A DNA stretch of 32,000 bases, from positions 7,550-39,549 of the forward strand of contig BBVC01000002.1 of NCBI GenBank assembly GCA_001192655.1, in the 5' to 3' direction. The DNA comes from Caedimonas varicaedens. GTDB lineage: Bacteria; Pseudomonadota; Alphaproteobacteria; Caedimonadales; Caedimonadaceae. Positions 1-9,848 of this stretch are shown piece after piece; positions within the stretch are counted from its first letter, which is position 1; each line of letters opens with the position of its first letter. Position numbers and translations under genes: made by a program. Below the pieces are notes generated by a model that searched no databases, was not told where the DNA came from, and worked only from the letters and a program-made list of their open reading frames with translations.

Positions 1-333
1 TTTTGAAGTCACATCGACGAGATTATACAAAGCTGTGCTGGTCATCACCTGGCGACTGGCTGTGGCATCCTTACGAAAAGCAAACGCATCTTCTGAGATA
101 GTGAGCTTGACTTCAAGACGATAAAGAGGTCTGGTTGGCTCTCCATAGGGAGTGAAAGTATCCTGAAGATAATTCCTGAGTATTTGTCCCTTGCGGTCAC
201 CAATCTGTGCAATTTTGATGGAACTTAATGGGCTGGTTTCTCGCAAAGGGGCAGATTCATAAAGAGGCTGAAACCCGCATCCCGTCAAGGAAAAGAATAA
301 AAAAACAACGTAGAGTCGATTAAATAATAACAA
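1..333 (-). CDS. lptE: LPS-assembly lipoprotein LptE, partial (3' end runs off the window)
   Basis: Absent from the ORF track. The minus-strand frame ending at base 1 reads (L)[35 protein letters not shown]... The lipobox L-T-G-C followed by GFQPLY is the typical LptE/RlpB N-terminus. It lies directly downstream of leuS, which is the conserved leuS-lptE order. The start is tentatively TTG 333-331, overlapping the leuS stop. Confidence 0.8.
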   Translation of the reverse strand, partial: MLLFNRLYVVFLFFSLTGCGFQPLYESAPLRETSPLSSIKIAQIGDRKGQILRNYLQDTFTPYGEPTRPLYRLEVKLTISEDAFAFRKDATASRQVMTSTALYNLVDVTSK

Positions 334-2896
334 GATTCACAACCTTATTGGGTACAATGATAATTTTTTTAAGCTGCTTTTCCTCAAGGGCTTTTCGCAC
401 AATCTCGAGCCTAAGCGTTTTTTCCTGAATCTCATCTTGGGAAAGATCTGTCGCCACGTCAAGAGTCGAACGCAATTTACCGTTAATTTGAATGGCAAGT
501 GTTATGCTTTCTGCCTGGATGAGCATCGCATCAGCCACAGGCCACGAATGAAGCGTCAGGAATGAATCATGCCCCAGCTTCTGCCACAATTCCTCTGTCA
601 AATGGGGACACGTAGGATGGAGTAAAATCAAAAGGCTCTCTATGGCTTCCCTTAGAACAGCAGGCTGATAGTCCTCAGGTTGAGAAATGTCATCCAGAAA
701 ATTTGTAAATTCTCTCAATCTTGCTACATACCGATTCAAGTGAAAAACATCCAGATCCTTGCTGGCAGCTGCAATCGTCTGATGAGTTTTGCGACGTAAG
801 ACGATATCAGCTTCATTCAGGGTGAGTATCTCTACTGATAAAGAACATCCCACAATACAAGGCTCCAGAGTCTGAATCAAATTCCAGATGCGGTTCAGAT
901 ATTTCCAAATTCCCTGAATACCCGCGTCTGTCCACTCTAAATCACGATCGGGGGGGCTATCTGAAATCATAAAAAGCCGTGCCGTATCAGCACCAAAATC
1001 GCGAACAATCGTGTCAGGATCAATGACATTTTTCTTTGACTTACTCATTTTTTCAGAACGTCCCCGTATCAGAGGAACACCATCGCGGCCACGCACCAGT
1101 ATATTATTTTCTCTAAATTCCACTTCCTGGGGTGCGACCCACTCACCCGAAGCTGTGCGATAGGTTTCGTGACAAATCATTCCTTGTGCTAAAAGACGCT
1201 TAAACGGCTCATCAATAGCAAGATATCCACAATCCCTTAATGCACGTGTAAAAAAACGCGCATAAAGCAAATGCAGGATGGCATGTTCAATGCCACCAAT
1301 ATATTGATCCACAGGAAGCCAATGCTGGGCAGAAACTCTATCAAAAGGCTGATTTGAATGAGGGGAACAGAAGCGGGTAAAGTACCATGATGATTCAAAA
1401 AAAGTGTCCAGAGTGTCTGTTTCACGCTGGGCTGAACCCTGGCATTGCGGACAAGTTGTCTGTCCCCAGGTGGGGTGATGAGCCAAGGGATTTCCTGGAC
1501 GATCGAAGGTCACATCTTCCGGAAGCTCGATGGGAAGTTGACTTTCAGGAACGGGAATAATACCGCAGACAGTGCAATGAATCATGGGAATAGGACACCC
1601 CCAATAGCGTTGACGAGAGACACCCCAGTCTCGAAGGCGATAGGTTGTGACAGCTTCTCCCTGCCCGGACTCTATCAATTTTTGCAGGATATATTTTTTG
1701 GCCTCTTGAACAGTCATGCCATCCAAAAAATCAGAATTAAAAAGAATACCATCTTCTGTAAAAGCTGTATGATCCCCCTCTTTAAATCCCTGTATTTCAG
1801 GTTGAAGAGGTCGAACTACAGGCAAAATATTCAGCTTATATTTGCGTGCAAAATCCAGATCTCTCTGATCATGAGCGGGGCATCCGAACACAGCCCCTGT
1901 GCCGTAATCCATAAGAACAAAATTAGCCACATAAAGAGGCAGAACTTTTTCAGCAATGAAGGGATGTTGAACTTTAAGTCCTGTATCAAATCCTGTCTTT
2001 TCTGCTTTCTCAAGCGCTTCTTCACTTGTTCCCTGGCGATTGCACTCAACAATAAATTCTTTAAGAGACGCGGACGTTTCGGCAAGTTTTTCCGCGAGAG
2101 GATGATGAGGGGAAAGAGCAATAAAAGAAGCGCCGAACAGGGTGTCCGGACGGGTTGAAAAAATTTCCAGGGGTTCATGAGTCCCCATAACATTAAAAAT
2201 AATTTTTGCCCCATCTGATTTGCCAATCCAGTGACGCTGCATTGTCACAATTTTTTCAGGCCACTCGGTGAGTGTATCAAGACCTGCAAGCAATTCTTCC
2301 GCGTACGCTGTGACTTTTAAATACCATTGTGCCAACTTGCGTTTTTCAACAGGAGCGCCTGAACGCCAGCCACGCCCATCAACAACTTGCTCATTGGCAA
2401 GAACTGTATTTTCAACAGGATCCCAATTGACAAAGCTTTCCTTGCGATATACTAAACCCTTTTGATAAAAATCAAGAAATAGCTTTTGCTCATGCCGATA
2501 ATAATCAGATGAACACGTAGCAATTTCACGTGCCCAATCATAGGAAAACCCTATGCTTTTTTGCTGGTTACGCATGACCTCGATGTTATTGTAAGTCCAC
2601 TGTGCAGGATGTGACTTATTTTCAATAGCCGCATTTTCAGCAGGCAAGCCAAAAGCATCCCAACCCATGGGATGCAGAACATTATAGCCCTGAAGTAAAC
2701 GCAGGCGCGCGATCACATCCCCTATAGTATAATTCCGAACATGTCCCATATGAAGACGGCCTGAGGGATAGGGAAACATTTCAAGGACATAGTATTTGGG
2801 TTTAGAAGAATTCTCTTGGGCAGCGAAGAGCTTATGCTCTTCCCATTTTTTTTGCCATTTTTTTTCAAGAACAGAAGGATTATAACGTTCAGACAT
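320..2896 (-). CDS. leuS: Leucyl-tRNA synthetase
   Basis: Long ORF with the class I aaRS motifs HMGH ([15 protein letters not shown]) and KMSKS (EKMSKSKKN). The tracked ORF begins at TTG 2920. ATG 2896 ([18 protein letters not shown]) matches canonical LeuS N-termini better. Confidence 0.97.
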   Translation of the reverse strand: MSERYNPSVLEKKWQKKWEEHKLFAAQENSSKPKYYVLEMFPYPSGRLHMGHVRNYTIGDVIARLRLLQGYNVLHPMGWDAFGLPAENAAIENKSHPAQWTYNNIEVMRNQQKSIGFSYDWAREIATCSSDYYRHEQKLFLDFYQKGLVYRKESFVNWDPVENTVLANEQVVDGRGWRSGAPVEKRKLAQWYLKVTAYAEELLAGLDTLTEWPEKIVTMQRHWIGKSDGAKIIFNVMGTHEPLEIFSTRPDTLFGASFIALSPHHPLAEKLAETSASLKEFIVECNRQGTSEEALEKAEKTGFDTGLKVQHPFIAEKVLPLYVANFVLMDYGTGAVFGCPAHDQRDLDFARKYKLNILPVVRPLQPEIQGFKEGDHTAFTEDGILFNSDFLDGMTVQEAKKYILQKLIESGQGEAVTTYRLRDWGVSRQRYWGCPIPMIHCTVCGIIPVPESQLPIELPEDVTFDRPGNPLAHHPTWGQTTCPQCQGSAQRETDTLDTFFESSWYFTRFCSPHSNQPFDRVSAQHWLPVDQYIGGIEHAILHLLYARFFTRALRDCGYLAIDEPFKRLLAQGMICHETYRTASGEWVAPQEVEFRENNILVRGRDGVPLIRGRSEKMSKSKKNVIDPDTIVRDFGADTARLFMISDSPPDRDLEWTDAGIQGIWKYLNRIWNLIQTLEPCIVGCSLSVEILTLNEADIVLRRKTHQTIAAASKDLDVFHLNRYVARLREFTNFLDDISQPEDYQPAVLREAIESLLILLHPTCPHLTEELWQKLGHDSFLTLHSWPVADAMLIQAESITLAIQINGKLRSTLDVATDLSQDEIQEKTLRLEIVRKALEEKQLKKIIIVPNKVVNLVII

Positions 2897-3004
2897 GGAA
2901 AAATTTCTTTTCAGGCTCAAAAAATTCTAACGTTCGGACAGAAAACTCCTGTGAATAGATGCAATGCTCAACGCTTCCATCTGCTGAAAGGAAAAAGATA
3001 TTTC

Positions 3005-3517
3005 TCATTTGCCATTCTTAATTCGTAATTGACGCGCCTGGGTCAGAATAATATCTTCCAATTCCCTTATGGTCGCAGGATCGGCTGGCTGATCAATCCA
3101 TTGCCCATGATCCAGTTTCTGTTGAAAAATACTAACCTTTAAGCCATCTGCACGCAGTTGCCGTCCCAAAATCAAAATATCTACCTTTATCCGTTCCCCA
3201 GGTGTTTCAGAAGAGGTATACCAATCGGTCAAAATAACACCTCCAAAAGGATCAGCGCTTTTCAGAGGCATAAATGAGATTGTATCCAGAGATGCACGCC
3301 ATAAAAAACTATTCACGCCGATGCCGATCTCTCCTGTTTTATCTGATTTGGCTGCATTTCCAAAGGTGAACGCATCATCCGAAAAAAGCGTATCAAGGTT
3401 TTTATACTTTTGTTCACGTCGCGTCAGAATTTCATCATTATTATCAACTTTTACAGTTTCACAGGATACAACGCAAAGAGGAATCAAAAAAAGCGCTAAA
3501 CGCAAATATTTACTCAT
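3005..3517 (-). CDS. Conserved alphaproteobacterial lipoprotein, DUF3576-like
   Basis: Signal peptide plus lipobox (LIPLCVVSC). The core FLWRASLDTISFMPLKSADPFGGVILTDWY resembles, from memory, the DUF3576 family often found next to leuS. Start moved to ATG 3517, which has AGGA 7 nt upstream, rather than 3544. Confidence 0.6.
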   Translation of the reverse strand: MSKYLRLALFLIPLCVVSCETVKVDNNDEILTRREQKYKNLDTLFSDDAFTFGNAAKSDKTGEIGIGVNSFLWRASLDTISFMPLKSADPFGGVILTDWYTSSETPGERIKVDILILGRQLRADGLKVSIFQQKLDHGQWIDQPADPATIRELEDIILTQARQLRIKNGK

Positions 3518-3707
3518 ATTTTTATCCTGCTCTTTACCTTTCATCTTTCAAAATAAGGGGGGATGGGAGCTCAGGATTCGTCCTGTTTTCATCCTTTCAG
3601 AGATACTGAGCTAGAAAATGCTTTGCTTTCGTCGCTACCCACATCTTGAAATACAATGCTCATCTCTCATTTAAGTGAATTTAACAGGTTGTTGACAAAA
3701 GACAAAT

Positions 3708-3737
3708 AAAAAAGGAAGGGCTTCACCTTCCTTTTTT
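3708..3737 (-). terminator. Rho-independent terminator after the porin gene, symmetric A/T flanks
   Basis: GGAAGG (3714-3719) pairs with CCTTCC (3726-3731) around a 6-nt loop. The stem is flanked by an A-run and a T-run. On the minus strand it reads GGAAGG-tgaagc-CCTTCC-TTTTTT. Confidence 0.7.
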
Positions 3738-3769
3738 ATTAACTGACCACGCGATAAATTACGAACAAT

Positions 3770-5032
3770 TTAGAATTTCAACTTGGTTCCAAATCCAATG
3801 ATGGTTGCCCTGTTGTTTTTAACGCCATCAGCGATATCACTTGATGTAAGACCCACCGCAGCAGCCCCAGTGGCTTTAAGGGCATTCTGAGCAGCTACAG
3901 CTCGTGCATCCGTCTTCATGTCCACATAGTTTGCATCGATATAAATGCCCAGACCCGGAGCAATCTTACGATCCCATGTTGCGGAATAAATGTTGGATTT
4001 CGCCTTGCTAAATCCAGACTGAATGTTTCGTGTGCTGTTCAAATAACCAATAGCAAATTTATGCTTTCCATAAGTATAGTTCAAGGCAGCACTATAGACT
4101 TTTCCAGCATCGCCTCCTGTGACTGCGACAGGAAGTCCTGTGCTAAAATCCTGATGACCAACCTGTGATTTACCATTGTCGATAAACTCTCCGCCGATCT
4201 CCCAGCCATGGTAGCCAAATTGTGCCCCTAAAGCATAGGATTGTGTATTTTTGAAAGTTGCTGGTGTAGTACTCACGGCATCTTTCAAACGTGTAGGCGC
4301 CTGAGTCTTTCCAAAAAGACTTGTTGCTGACAATCGAACATCGAAGCCATTGGTGAAAGTCTCTTTAAAGTTTACACCTAACCCAACCTGGTTCTTGTCA
4401 AAAGGAAGGGATTTAGCGCCGGAAGGGCTGATAGTTTTCAACTTCTGATCACCCTCATGCGCCGTAGAAGGTGTAAAAGTAACGCCGGCTTGAACTCCAT
4501 AAATACGGGGAGTAACATAAATGACTTTCGTTGAATCTTTGGGAGCGCCAGCAAGATCAGTCGTGATGACAGTTCCCGTTGTCTGGTTCAGAACGTTGGT
4601 ATAGTTACCGGCAAATCCGCCTGTGGCACCCATCACGGCAAAAGCACCCACAGCCATAAAGTCATCAATACCTCGGGTATCACCTGCCATCAAAGTTCCC
4701 CACTCATTTTTGAACTTCAAGCGATTTTCCTGAACATTTCCATTGTCAGGGTTACCAGAAAGACCAAGCAAAGCACTATATTCAACCCCCCCAAAATACT
4801 CTGTTTTCCCAAAAATATCAACGTTCAGGCGGGAATCAGCAACCTCCATGTGGTGACCATTACCCTTTCCACCGTTACCTTCGCGTACAGATTGCTTTAA
4901 CCCATAATAGTTAACGCTTGTTTCTCCAGAAAAACGCAGGGAAGGAGTCAGCTCGGACTTGGACGCGGCATCAACAGAAGCAAGGGGCAGGCTGATCGCA
5001 AGCACTGCAGTGCCTAGCAAAAGTTTGTTCAT
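3770..5032 (-). CDS. Outer-membrane porin (general Gram-negative porin type)
   Basis: Sec signal MNKLLLGTAVLAISLPLASVDA, Gly/Tyr/Thr-rich alternating beta-strand composition, and a C-terminal ...GFGTKLKF ending in Phe. Start set at ATG 5032, which has a GGAGG SD, rather than 5083. Confidence 0.85.
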   Translation of the reverse strand: MNKLLLGTAVLAISLPLASVDAASKSELTPSLRFSGETSVNYYGLKQSVREGNGGKGNGHHMEVADSRLNVDIFGKTEYFGGVEYSALLGLSGNPDNGNVQENRLKFKNEWGTLMAGDTRGIDDFMAVGAFAVMGATGGFAGNYTNVLNQTTGTVITTDLAGAPKDSTKVIYVTPRIYGVQAGVTFTPSTAHEGDQKLKTISPSGAKSLPFDKNQVGLGVNFKETFTNGFDVRLSATSLFGKTQAPTRLKDAVSTTPATFKNTQSYALGAQFGYHGWEIGGEFIDNGKSQVGHQDFSTGLPVAVTGGDAGKVYSAALNYTYGKHKFAIGYLNSTRNIQSGFSKAKSNIYSATWDRKIAPGLGIYIDANYVDMKTDARAVAAQNALKATGAAAVGLTSSDIADGVKNNRATIIGFGTKLKF

Positions 5033-5410
5033 ATTTTTCCTCCGGTAATTTTTAAGATGTCTATTGAGTTCAGGAGGTTCCACCAGAAACCTCTATCATC
5101 CATACTCAGCAACTATTCTGACATTCAATCCTGTCTCTTTCTTAGAATCAATCTATTTTTGGCAAATTTTTACTCTTTGTTCTAAAGATGTTGTATGTGT
5201 GCAACAGAATGGTATTTTGTGAGTTAAATGCTGTCCCTTAACTCTTAAAAACATCCAAAGAGATCACAACCCTATTGAAACACAGCAACCCAAGTTCTTT
5301 ACAGCAGAGTTTTTTGCGAGAGAAAATTTTTTCTTGCCATTTCTCTTGCTGTTTGAAACAAAATCCGCTAGACATGCATCATATCATTATAGAACAAGTA
5401 GGGTATTATC

Positions 5411-5596
5411 ATGGCTGTTCCCAAGAAAAAAACATCGAAATCTCGTCGAAACATGCGCCGCGCTCACGATGCGCTACCACAAAAACAAGCAAGCCAATGC
5501 TCAAATTGTGGTGCTCACAAGGTTTCCCATCATATGTGTCCTTCTTGCGGACATTACCGTGGACGCCAGGTATTGGATATAGCCATTGCTTCCTGA
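5411..5596 (+). CDS. rpmF: 50S ribosomal protein L32
   Basis: [20 protein letters not shown]-terminus and a Cys pair-type zinc ribbon (CSNCG...CPSCG). It sits upstream of plsX as in the conserved rpmF-plsX-fabH cluster. Confidence 0.95.
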   Translation: MAVPKKKTSKSRRNMRRAHDALPQKQASQCSNCGAHKVSHHMCPSCGHYRGRQVLDIAIAS

Positions 5597-5648
5597 CCGG
5601 GAAGCGATTAAAGCTCAACTCTCATCATCTATACATTAAAGAGGAGAA

Positions 5649-6743
5649 TTGGTCTTGAGCATTGTTCTGGCAATTGATGGAATGGGCGGAGATCAAGCTC
5701 CCAAGATTGCCATTGACGGTATGGCTAAAGCCGCGTTACGTTTTCCTCAATTACGTTTTGAGCTTTTCGGAACAGAGGAAAAAATCAGACCCCTTCTTGA
5801 GCAACAAAAAAATTTATCCACTATTACCCGATTTCATCCCACCACCGAAGTATTAACCTCTGAGATCAAACCGACGGCCGCTATTCGAGGGTTCAAGGAT
5901 TCAAGCCTGCGTCGTGCCATTATGGCGGTACATCAGGGACAGGCTTCGGGTGTCGTTTCTGCCGGCCCCACAGGCGCCTATATGGTGCTCTCCCGCCTTA
6001 TACTTGGTACTTTGCCTGGCATTGATCGCCCCGCCATTGGGGGATTGATGCCCACTTTTAACGGCCTCAAAGTTATGCTCGATATGGGTGCAAACGTAGA
6101 AGTAAGCGCAGAAAATCTTGTTGAATTCGCGATTATGGGCGTCGCTTTCGCGCGCACTGTTTTAGGAATCCAGGAACCTTCAGTAGGGCTTTTAAATATT
6201 GGCACTGAAGAACTGAAAGGCAATGCCACAATCAAGCTGGCTTATCAATCGCTGAAAGAATCTGCATTTATACCCAACTTTAAGGGATTTATTGAGGGAG
6301 ATTCCCTGAGCCAGGGAATTGTGGATGTAACGGTTGCAGACGGATTTTCTGGGAATATTTGTCTTAAAACCGCAGAAGGTACAAGCAAACTTTTGGGACA
6401 TTTTTTACGAGAAGGCATAGAGCGTTCCTTTTTATCTAAGTTAGGTGTACTTTTGGCAAAACCTGCTTTTAATTATTTGCGCGATAAAATTGATCCCCGT
6501 CGTTATAATGGCGCTCCTTTCCTGGGGTTACAGGGCGTCGCTGTCAAAAGCCATGGGGGAACAGATGGAGAAGGCTTCCTTCAGGCAATCAGTGTCGCTG
6601 TCAATATGGTTGAAAAAAACATCAATGCCAGCATTTCTCATGAAATTTTGGCATTTTCCAGTTTAAACTTGACCGAAGAGAAATTAAAAAATGTCCCATC
6701 TGAAACTTCGTCCCCTGTGACAGAAGGTGTTGGAGTCTCCTGA
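5649..6743 (+). CDS. plsX: Phosphate acyltransferase PlsX
   Basis: N-terminal IVLAIDGMGGDQAPK motif, appropriate length and matching gene context. The start is TTG 5649 or TTG 5655; the GAGGAG SD at 5641-5646 favours 5655. Confidence 0.93.
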   Translation: MVLSIVLAIDGMGGDQAPKIAIDGMAKAALRFPQLRFELFGTEEKIRPLLEQQKNLSTITRFHPTTEVLTSEIKPTAAIRGFKDSSLRRAIMAVHQGQASGVVSAGPTGAYMVLSRLILGTLPGIDRPAIGGLMPTFNGLKVMLDMGANVEVSAENLVEFAIMGVAFARTVLGIQEPSVGLLNIGTEELKGNATIKLAYQSLKESAFIPNFKGFIEGDSLSQGIVDVTVADGFSGNICLKTAEGTSKLLGHFLREGIERSFLSKLGVLLAKPAFNYLRDKIDPRRYNGAPFLGLQGVAVKSHGGTDGEGFLQAISVAVNMVEKNINASISHEILAFSSLNLTEEKLKNVPSETSSPVTEGVGVS

Positions 6744-6744
6744 G

Positions 6745-7734
6745 ATGTCAAAAGCGCCCGACTTGAAGCGATCCCTTATAATTGGCTGTGGCGGGTATCT
6801 TCCTGAAAAAGTCGTTACCAATCACGATCTTGCCAAAACTGTGGAGACTTCTGATGAATGGATCGTTGAACGCACGGGAATAAGAAAACGACATTTTGCC
6901 GCAAAAGATCAAGCGACTTCCGACTTGGCTGTCAAGGCAGCTCTTGTCGCTCTTCAAGATGCAAAAATCCGGGCAGAAGATCTTGATTTAATCATTGTCA
7001 GTACAGCAACGCCAGATCGCACTTTTCCGGCGACAGCCACGATCATTCAGGCAAAACTGGGGAACAGCAAAGCTCTTGCTTTTGATGTCGCGGGTGTATG
7101 TGCCGGTTTTCTGCTAGGATTAAATGTGGCAGATAATTATCTGAAACTGGGTCAAGCCAAATATGCTCTGGTGATTGGCGCTGAGTCGCTGACATCCCTG
7201 CTTGATATGGATGATCGCCGCACATGCGTGTTGTTTGGCGATGGTGCTGGTGCTGTTGTGATAGAAGCCAAGAACAAGGACGAAATAGATAATGATCGCG
7301 GTATTTTGAGCATCAAAATGCAATCCGATGGTCAGTTTCATCATATTTTATACTCAGATGGAGGTCCTTCGACCAATGGAAAAGTCGGGAAACTTCGAAT
7401 GGACGGCCAGGAAGTCTACCGACATGCTGTTACAAAATTGACGGATTCTGCCAAACGAATGCTGGCATCTTACACATTGACTGCCGATGATATTGACTGG
7501 TTTATCCCACACCAGGCGAATATTCGCATTATCGAGTCAGTGGCTCAGAAACTTAAATTTCCTATGGATAAAATTGTTTTAACAGTCCAGGATCATGCGA
7601 ATACATCAGCGGCATCCATTCCTCTGGCGTTATGGGTGGCAAGGCTGGATGGACGTTTGAAACCAGGGGATCTTATTCTGCATGAAGCTATTGGCGGTGG
7701 ACTTATCTGGGGATCGGCCCTGATCAGATTCTAG
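6745..7734 (+). CDS. fabH: 3-oxoacyl-ACP synthase III
   Basis: Catalytic context is present: AGVCAGF (Cys), HQAN (His) and HANTSAAS (Asn). Start set at ATG 6745 (MSKAPDL...), just after the plsX stop, rather than 6727. Confidence 0.95.
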   Translation: MSKAPDLKRSLIIGCGGYLPEKVVTNHDLAKTVETSDEWIVERTGIRKRHFAAKDQATSDLAVKAALVALQDAKIRAEDLDLIIVSTATPDRTFPATATIIQAKLGNSKALAFDVAGVCAGFLLGLNVADNYLKLGQAKYALVIGAESLTSLLDMDDRRTCVLFGDGAGAVVIEAKNKDEIDNDRGILSIKMQSDGQFHHILYSDGGPSTNGKVGKLRMDGQEVYRHAVTKLTDSAKRMLASYTLTADDIDWFIPHQANIRIIESVAQKLKFPMDKIVLTVQDHANTSAASIPLALWVARLDGRLKPGDLILHEAIGGGLIWGSALIRF

Positions 7735-7746
7735 CAAGGAGATTTC

Positions 7747-8094
7747 ATGACTTATGTTGTTACAGAAGCTTGTATTAAATGCAAGTACATGGATTGTGTA
7801 GAAGTTTGCCCTGTCGATTGTTTCTATGAGGGCGAGAACATGCTTGCGATCAATCCCGAACAATGTATCGATTGCGGCGTCTGTGAGCCTGAATGCCCCA
7901 TTGATGCGATTCAGCCTGATACCCGCGAAGGAAGCGAGAAGTGGGTAGAACATAACCGAGCTTATGCGGCTCTTTGGCCAAATATTCGTTTCGGTGGCAT
8001 TGCTCCGGAAGACGCTGATGAATGGCGGACTGTATCTGATAAACTTACCCAATATTTTAGTGAAAAACCGGGAAAAGGAACACCAAAACCATGA
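7747..8094 (+). CDS. fdxA: 7Fe ferredoxin ([3Fe-4S][4Fe-4S], FdxA type)
   Basis: [29 protein letters not shown]...[12 protein letters not shown] is the characteristic FdxA cysteine pattern. Confidence 0.93.
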   Translation: MTYVVTEACIKCKYMDCVEVCPVDCFYEGENMLAINPEQCIDCGVCEPECPIDAIQPDTREGSEKWVEHNRAYAALWPNIRFGGIAPEDADEWRTVSDKLTQYFSEKPGKGTPKP

Positions 8095-8201
8095 AAAAGG
8101 AAAGTATACCTTCCCCCTTTCTCTGGAGTGCATCTAAAAGATTGATTTTTGTTTTTTTTCTTCTTGCTGTGCTATGGTTTGGGGTATGGTGGGCTTATTG
8201 A
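8091..8201 (+). CDS. Unannotated 36-aa single-pass membrane micro-protein (hypothetical)
   Basis: My own translation gives [36 protein letters not shown]. Its ATG overlaps the fdxA stop (ccATGA), and its TGA ends at 8201, immediately before the TTG at 8202 of the next ORF. A 19-residue hydrophobic helix follows a basic N-terminus. It is below the ORF-track length cut-off. Confidence 0.45.
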   Translation: MKKESIPSPFLWSASKRLIFVFFLLAVLWFGVWWAY

Positions 8202-8213
8202 TTGAATAGCGCT

Positions 8214-8987
8214 ATGAAACAGAAATTGTCACCTTCTTTTCCCATTGTTTCTTTTACCCATATGTCTGTTAAATATCGCGATCAGCTTGCTCTTCAAGAT
8301 ATCAATGGACATATTAATTCAGGATCGTTAACGGCTATTTTGGGTCCTAATGGAGGGGGGAAAAGTACCCTTCTTAAAACTCTTTCAGGATTTCTGAAAC
8401 CTTTCAGGGGATCTGTAAAATATCAGGGAATTAATGCCCGTCAAATAGCCTATCTTCCTCAGCAGGCCGATATTGATCGCTCTTTCCCCTTGACGGTTCG
8501 TGAAGTTGTTGCGATGGGACTGACGCAAGAGCGGGGTTTTTTAGGAGATTTGGAAGGAATATACGAAAAAAATATCAGAGAAGCCCTTGCCCAGGTGGGA
8601 CTGACCCAGCATTTTAACCGCTCTTTGCACACCCTTTCCGGAGGACAGTTTCAAAGAGCGCTTTTTGCGCGTCTAAGTATCCAGAAATCTGATTTGATTC
8701 TACTTGACGAGCCTTTTTCTGCCATTGATCACGCCACTATTGAGGATCTTATGAAACTTGTCCTAAACTGGCATCAGGGGGGGAAAACAATTCTTATCGT
8801 CACCCATGATCTTGAATTGATCAAAAGATATTTCCCAGAAACGTTATTACTGGCGAAGAAAGTTATTGCCTGGGGCTCTACGTCTGAAGTCCTAACTCTT
8901 GATAATTTGCGAAAGGCAAAAAAGCTTTCCTGTGATTGGGAAAATCGTTTAGAATTAGAGCCAGACGAATTTCTCACGACTCTCTAG
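8214..8987 (+). CDS. Metal (Zn/Mn-type) ABC transporter, ATP-binding subunit
   Basis: Walker A GPNGGGKST, signature LSGGQFQR and Walker B LILLDEP. It sits upstream of an ABC-3 permease and a TroA/ZnuA-type binding protein. The start is ATG 8214 or TTG 8202. Confidence 0.9.
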   Translation: MKQKLSPSFPIVSFTHMSVKYRDQLALQDINGHINSGSLTAILGPNGGGKSTLLKTLSGFLKPFRGSVKYQGINARQIAYLPQQADIDRSFPLTVREVVAMGLTQERGFLGDLEGIYEKNIREALAQVGLTQHFNRSLHTLSGGQFQRALFARLSIQKSDLILLDEPFSAIDHATIEDLMKLVLNWHQGGKTILIVTHDLELIKRYFPETLLLAKKVIAWGSTSEVLTLDNLRKAKKLSCDWENRLELEPDEFLTTL

Positions 8988-9002
8988 CTTGATGATTACC
9001 AA

Positions 9003-9848
9003 ATGATTGATTTTTTTATTACTCCTTTTGAATCTTACGCGTTCTTACGGCGCGGCCTTATGGCTTGTTTTGCTCTTTCTCTGGGCTGTGCACCCATAGG
9101 CGTTTTTCTCGTATTAAGACGGATGAGCCTGATGGGGGATGCTCTTTCTCATTCTGTATTGCCAGGAGTTGCTATTGGTTATCTTTTTGCCGGACTCAGT
9201 CTTCCTGCCATGGGCATTGGGGGAGTTTTCTCTGGATTGATTGTGGCTTCTCTGGCCAGTTTTGTATCTCGCAAAACTCTTTTGAAAGAAGATGCAAGCT
9301 TTGTGGGTTTTTATTTAATCGCTCTGGCTTTAGGTGCTGTCCTTGTCTCTGTTAAGGGAAATAGCGTGGATCTTATCCATATTTTGTTTGGATCAATTTT
9401 GGCTGTTAATAAAGCCTCGCTTTTACTTGTTTCCAGTATTTCTTCTGTCAGCCTTTTGGTTCTTGCTTTGATTTATCGTCCTTTAATCATTGAGTGTTTT
9501 GACCCCATTTTTATGCGATCAATTGGTGTGCGAGGTCATTACTATCATATGATGTTTATGGGACTCGTTGTTCTGAATATGGTTGCTGCATTCCAGGCAC
9601 TTGGAACATTGATGGCCTTGGGGATGATGATGATGCCAGCGATTGCCGCACGCTTCTGGGCTCGAGAAATATGGAGTCTATGTGTTTTCGCCTTCTTTTT
9701 TGCGCTGACCGCCAGCTATATAGGGCTTGTTCTATCCTTTCACTATCATTGGCCTTCTGGTCCCTCAATTATTTTGATTGGAAGCATTTTTTATGTTTTC
9801 TCTCTGACGCTGGGACGATATGGAAGTTTAAGGCATCCTCGACTATGA
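9003..9848 (+). CDS. Metal ABC transporter permease (ABC-3 / ZnuB-TroC family)
   Basis: Polytopic membrane protein carrying the family-typical LMGDALSHSVLPGVAIGY segment. It is translationally coupled to the next gene (ATGA overlap). Confidence 0.9.
   Translation: MIDFFITPFESYAFLRRGLMACFALSLGCAPIGVFLVLRRMSLMGDALSHSVLPGVAIGYLFAGLSLPAMGIGGVFSGLIVASLASFVSRKTLLKEDASFVGFYLIALALGAVLVSVKGNSVDLIHILFGSILAVNKASLLLVSSISSVSLLVLALIYRPLIIECFDPIFMRSIGVRGHYYHMMFMGLVVLNMVAAFQALGTLMALGMMMMPAIAARFWAREIWSLCVFAFFFALTASYIGLVLSFHYHWPSGPSIILIGSIFYVFSLTLGRYGSLRHPRL

Noticed and set aside
1237-2465. Five tracked ORFs inside leuS: 1237-1425 (-), 1445-2158 (+), 1831-2226 (-), 2268-2465 (+), and also 2816-3028 (+)
   Set aside because: These are shadow frames fully overlapped by a strongly supported leuS CDS. 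They have no SD and an odd composition.
5275-5658. Overlapping ORFs around rpmF: 5275-5658 (+), 5334-5582 (+) and 5409-5618 (-)
   Set aside because: Only the 5411-5596 frame gives the unmistakable L32 sequence. The others are alternative frames of the same DNA.
7630-8133. 167-aa minus-strand ORF opposite the fabH end and fdxA
   Set aside because: It is antisense to two well-supported genes, including the cysteine-motif ferredoxin. It has no SD and no recognisable domain.
9671-9844. N-terminal extension of the substrate-binding protein ORF (tracked start at 9671)
   Set aside because: It lies inside the permease gene in another frame. The ATG at 9845 gives a canonical signal peptide and an ATGA coupling to the permease stop.
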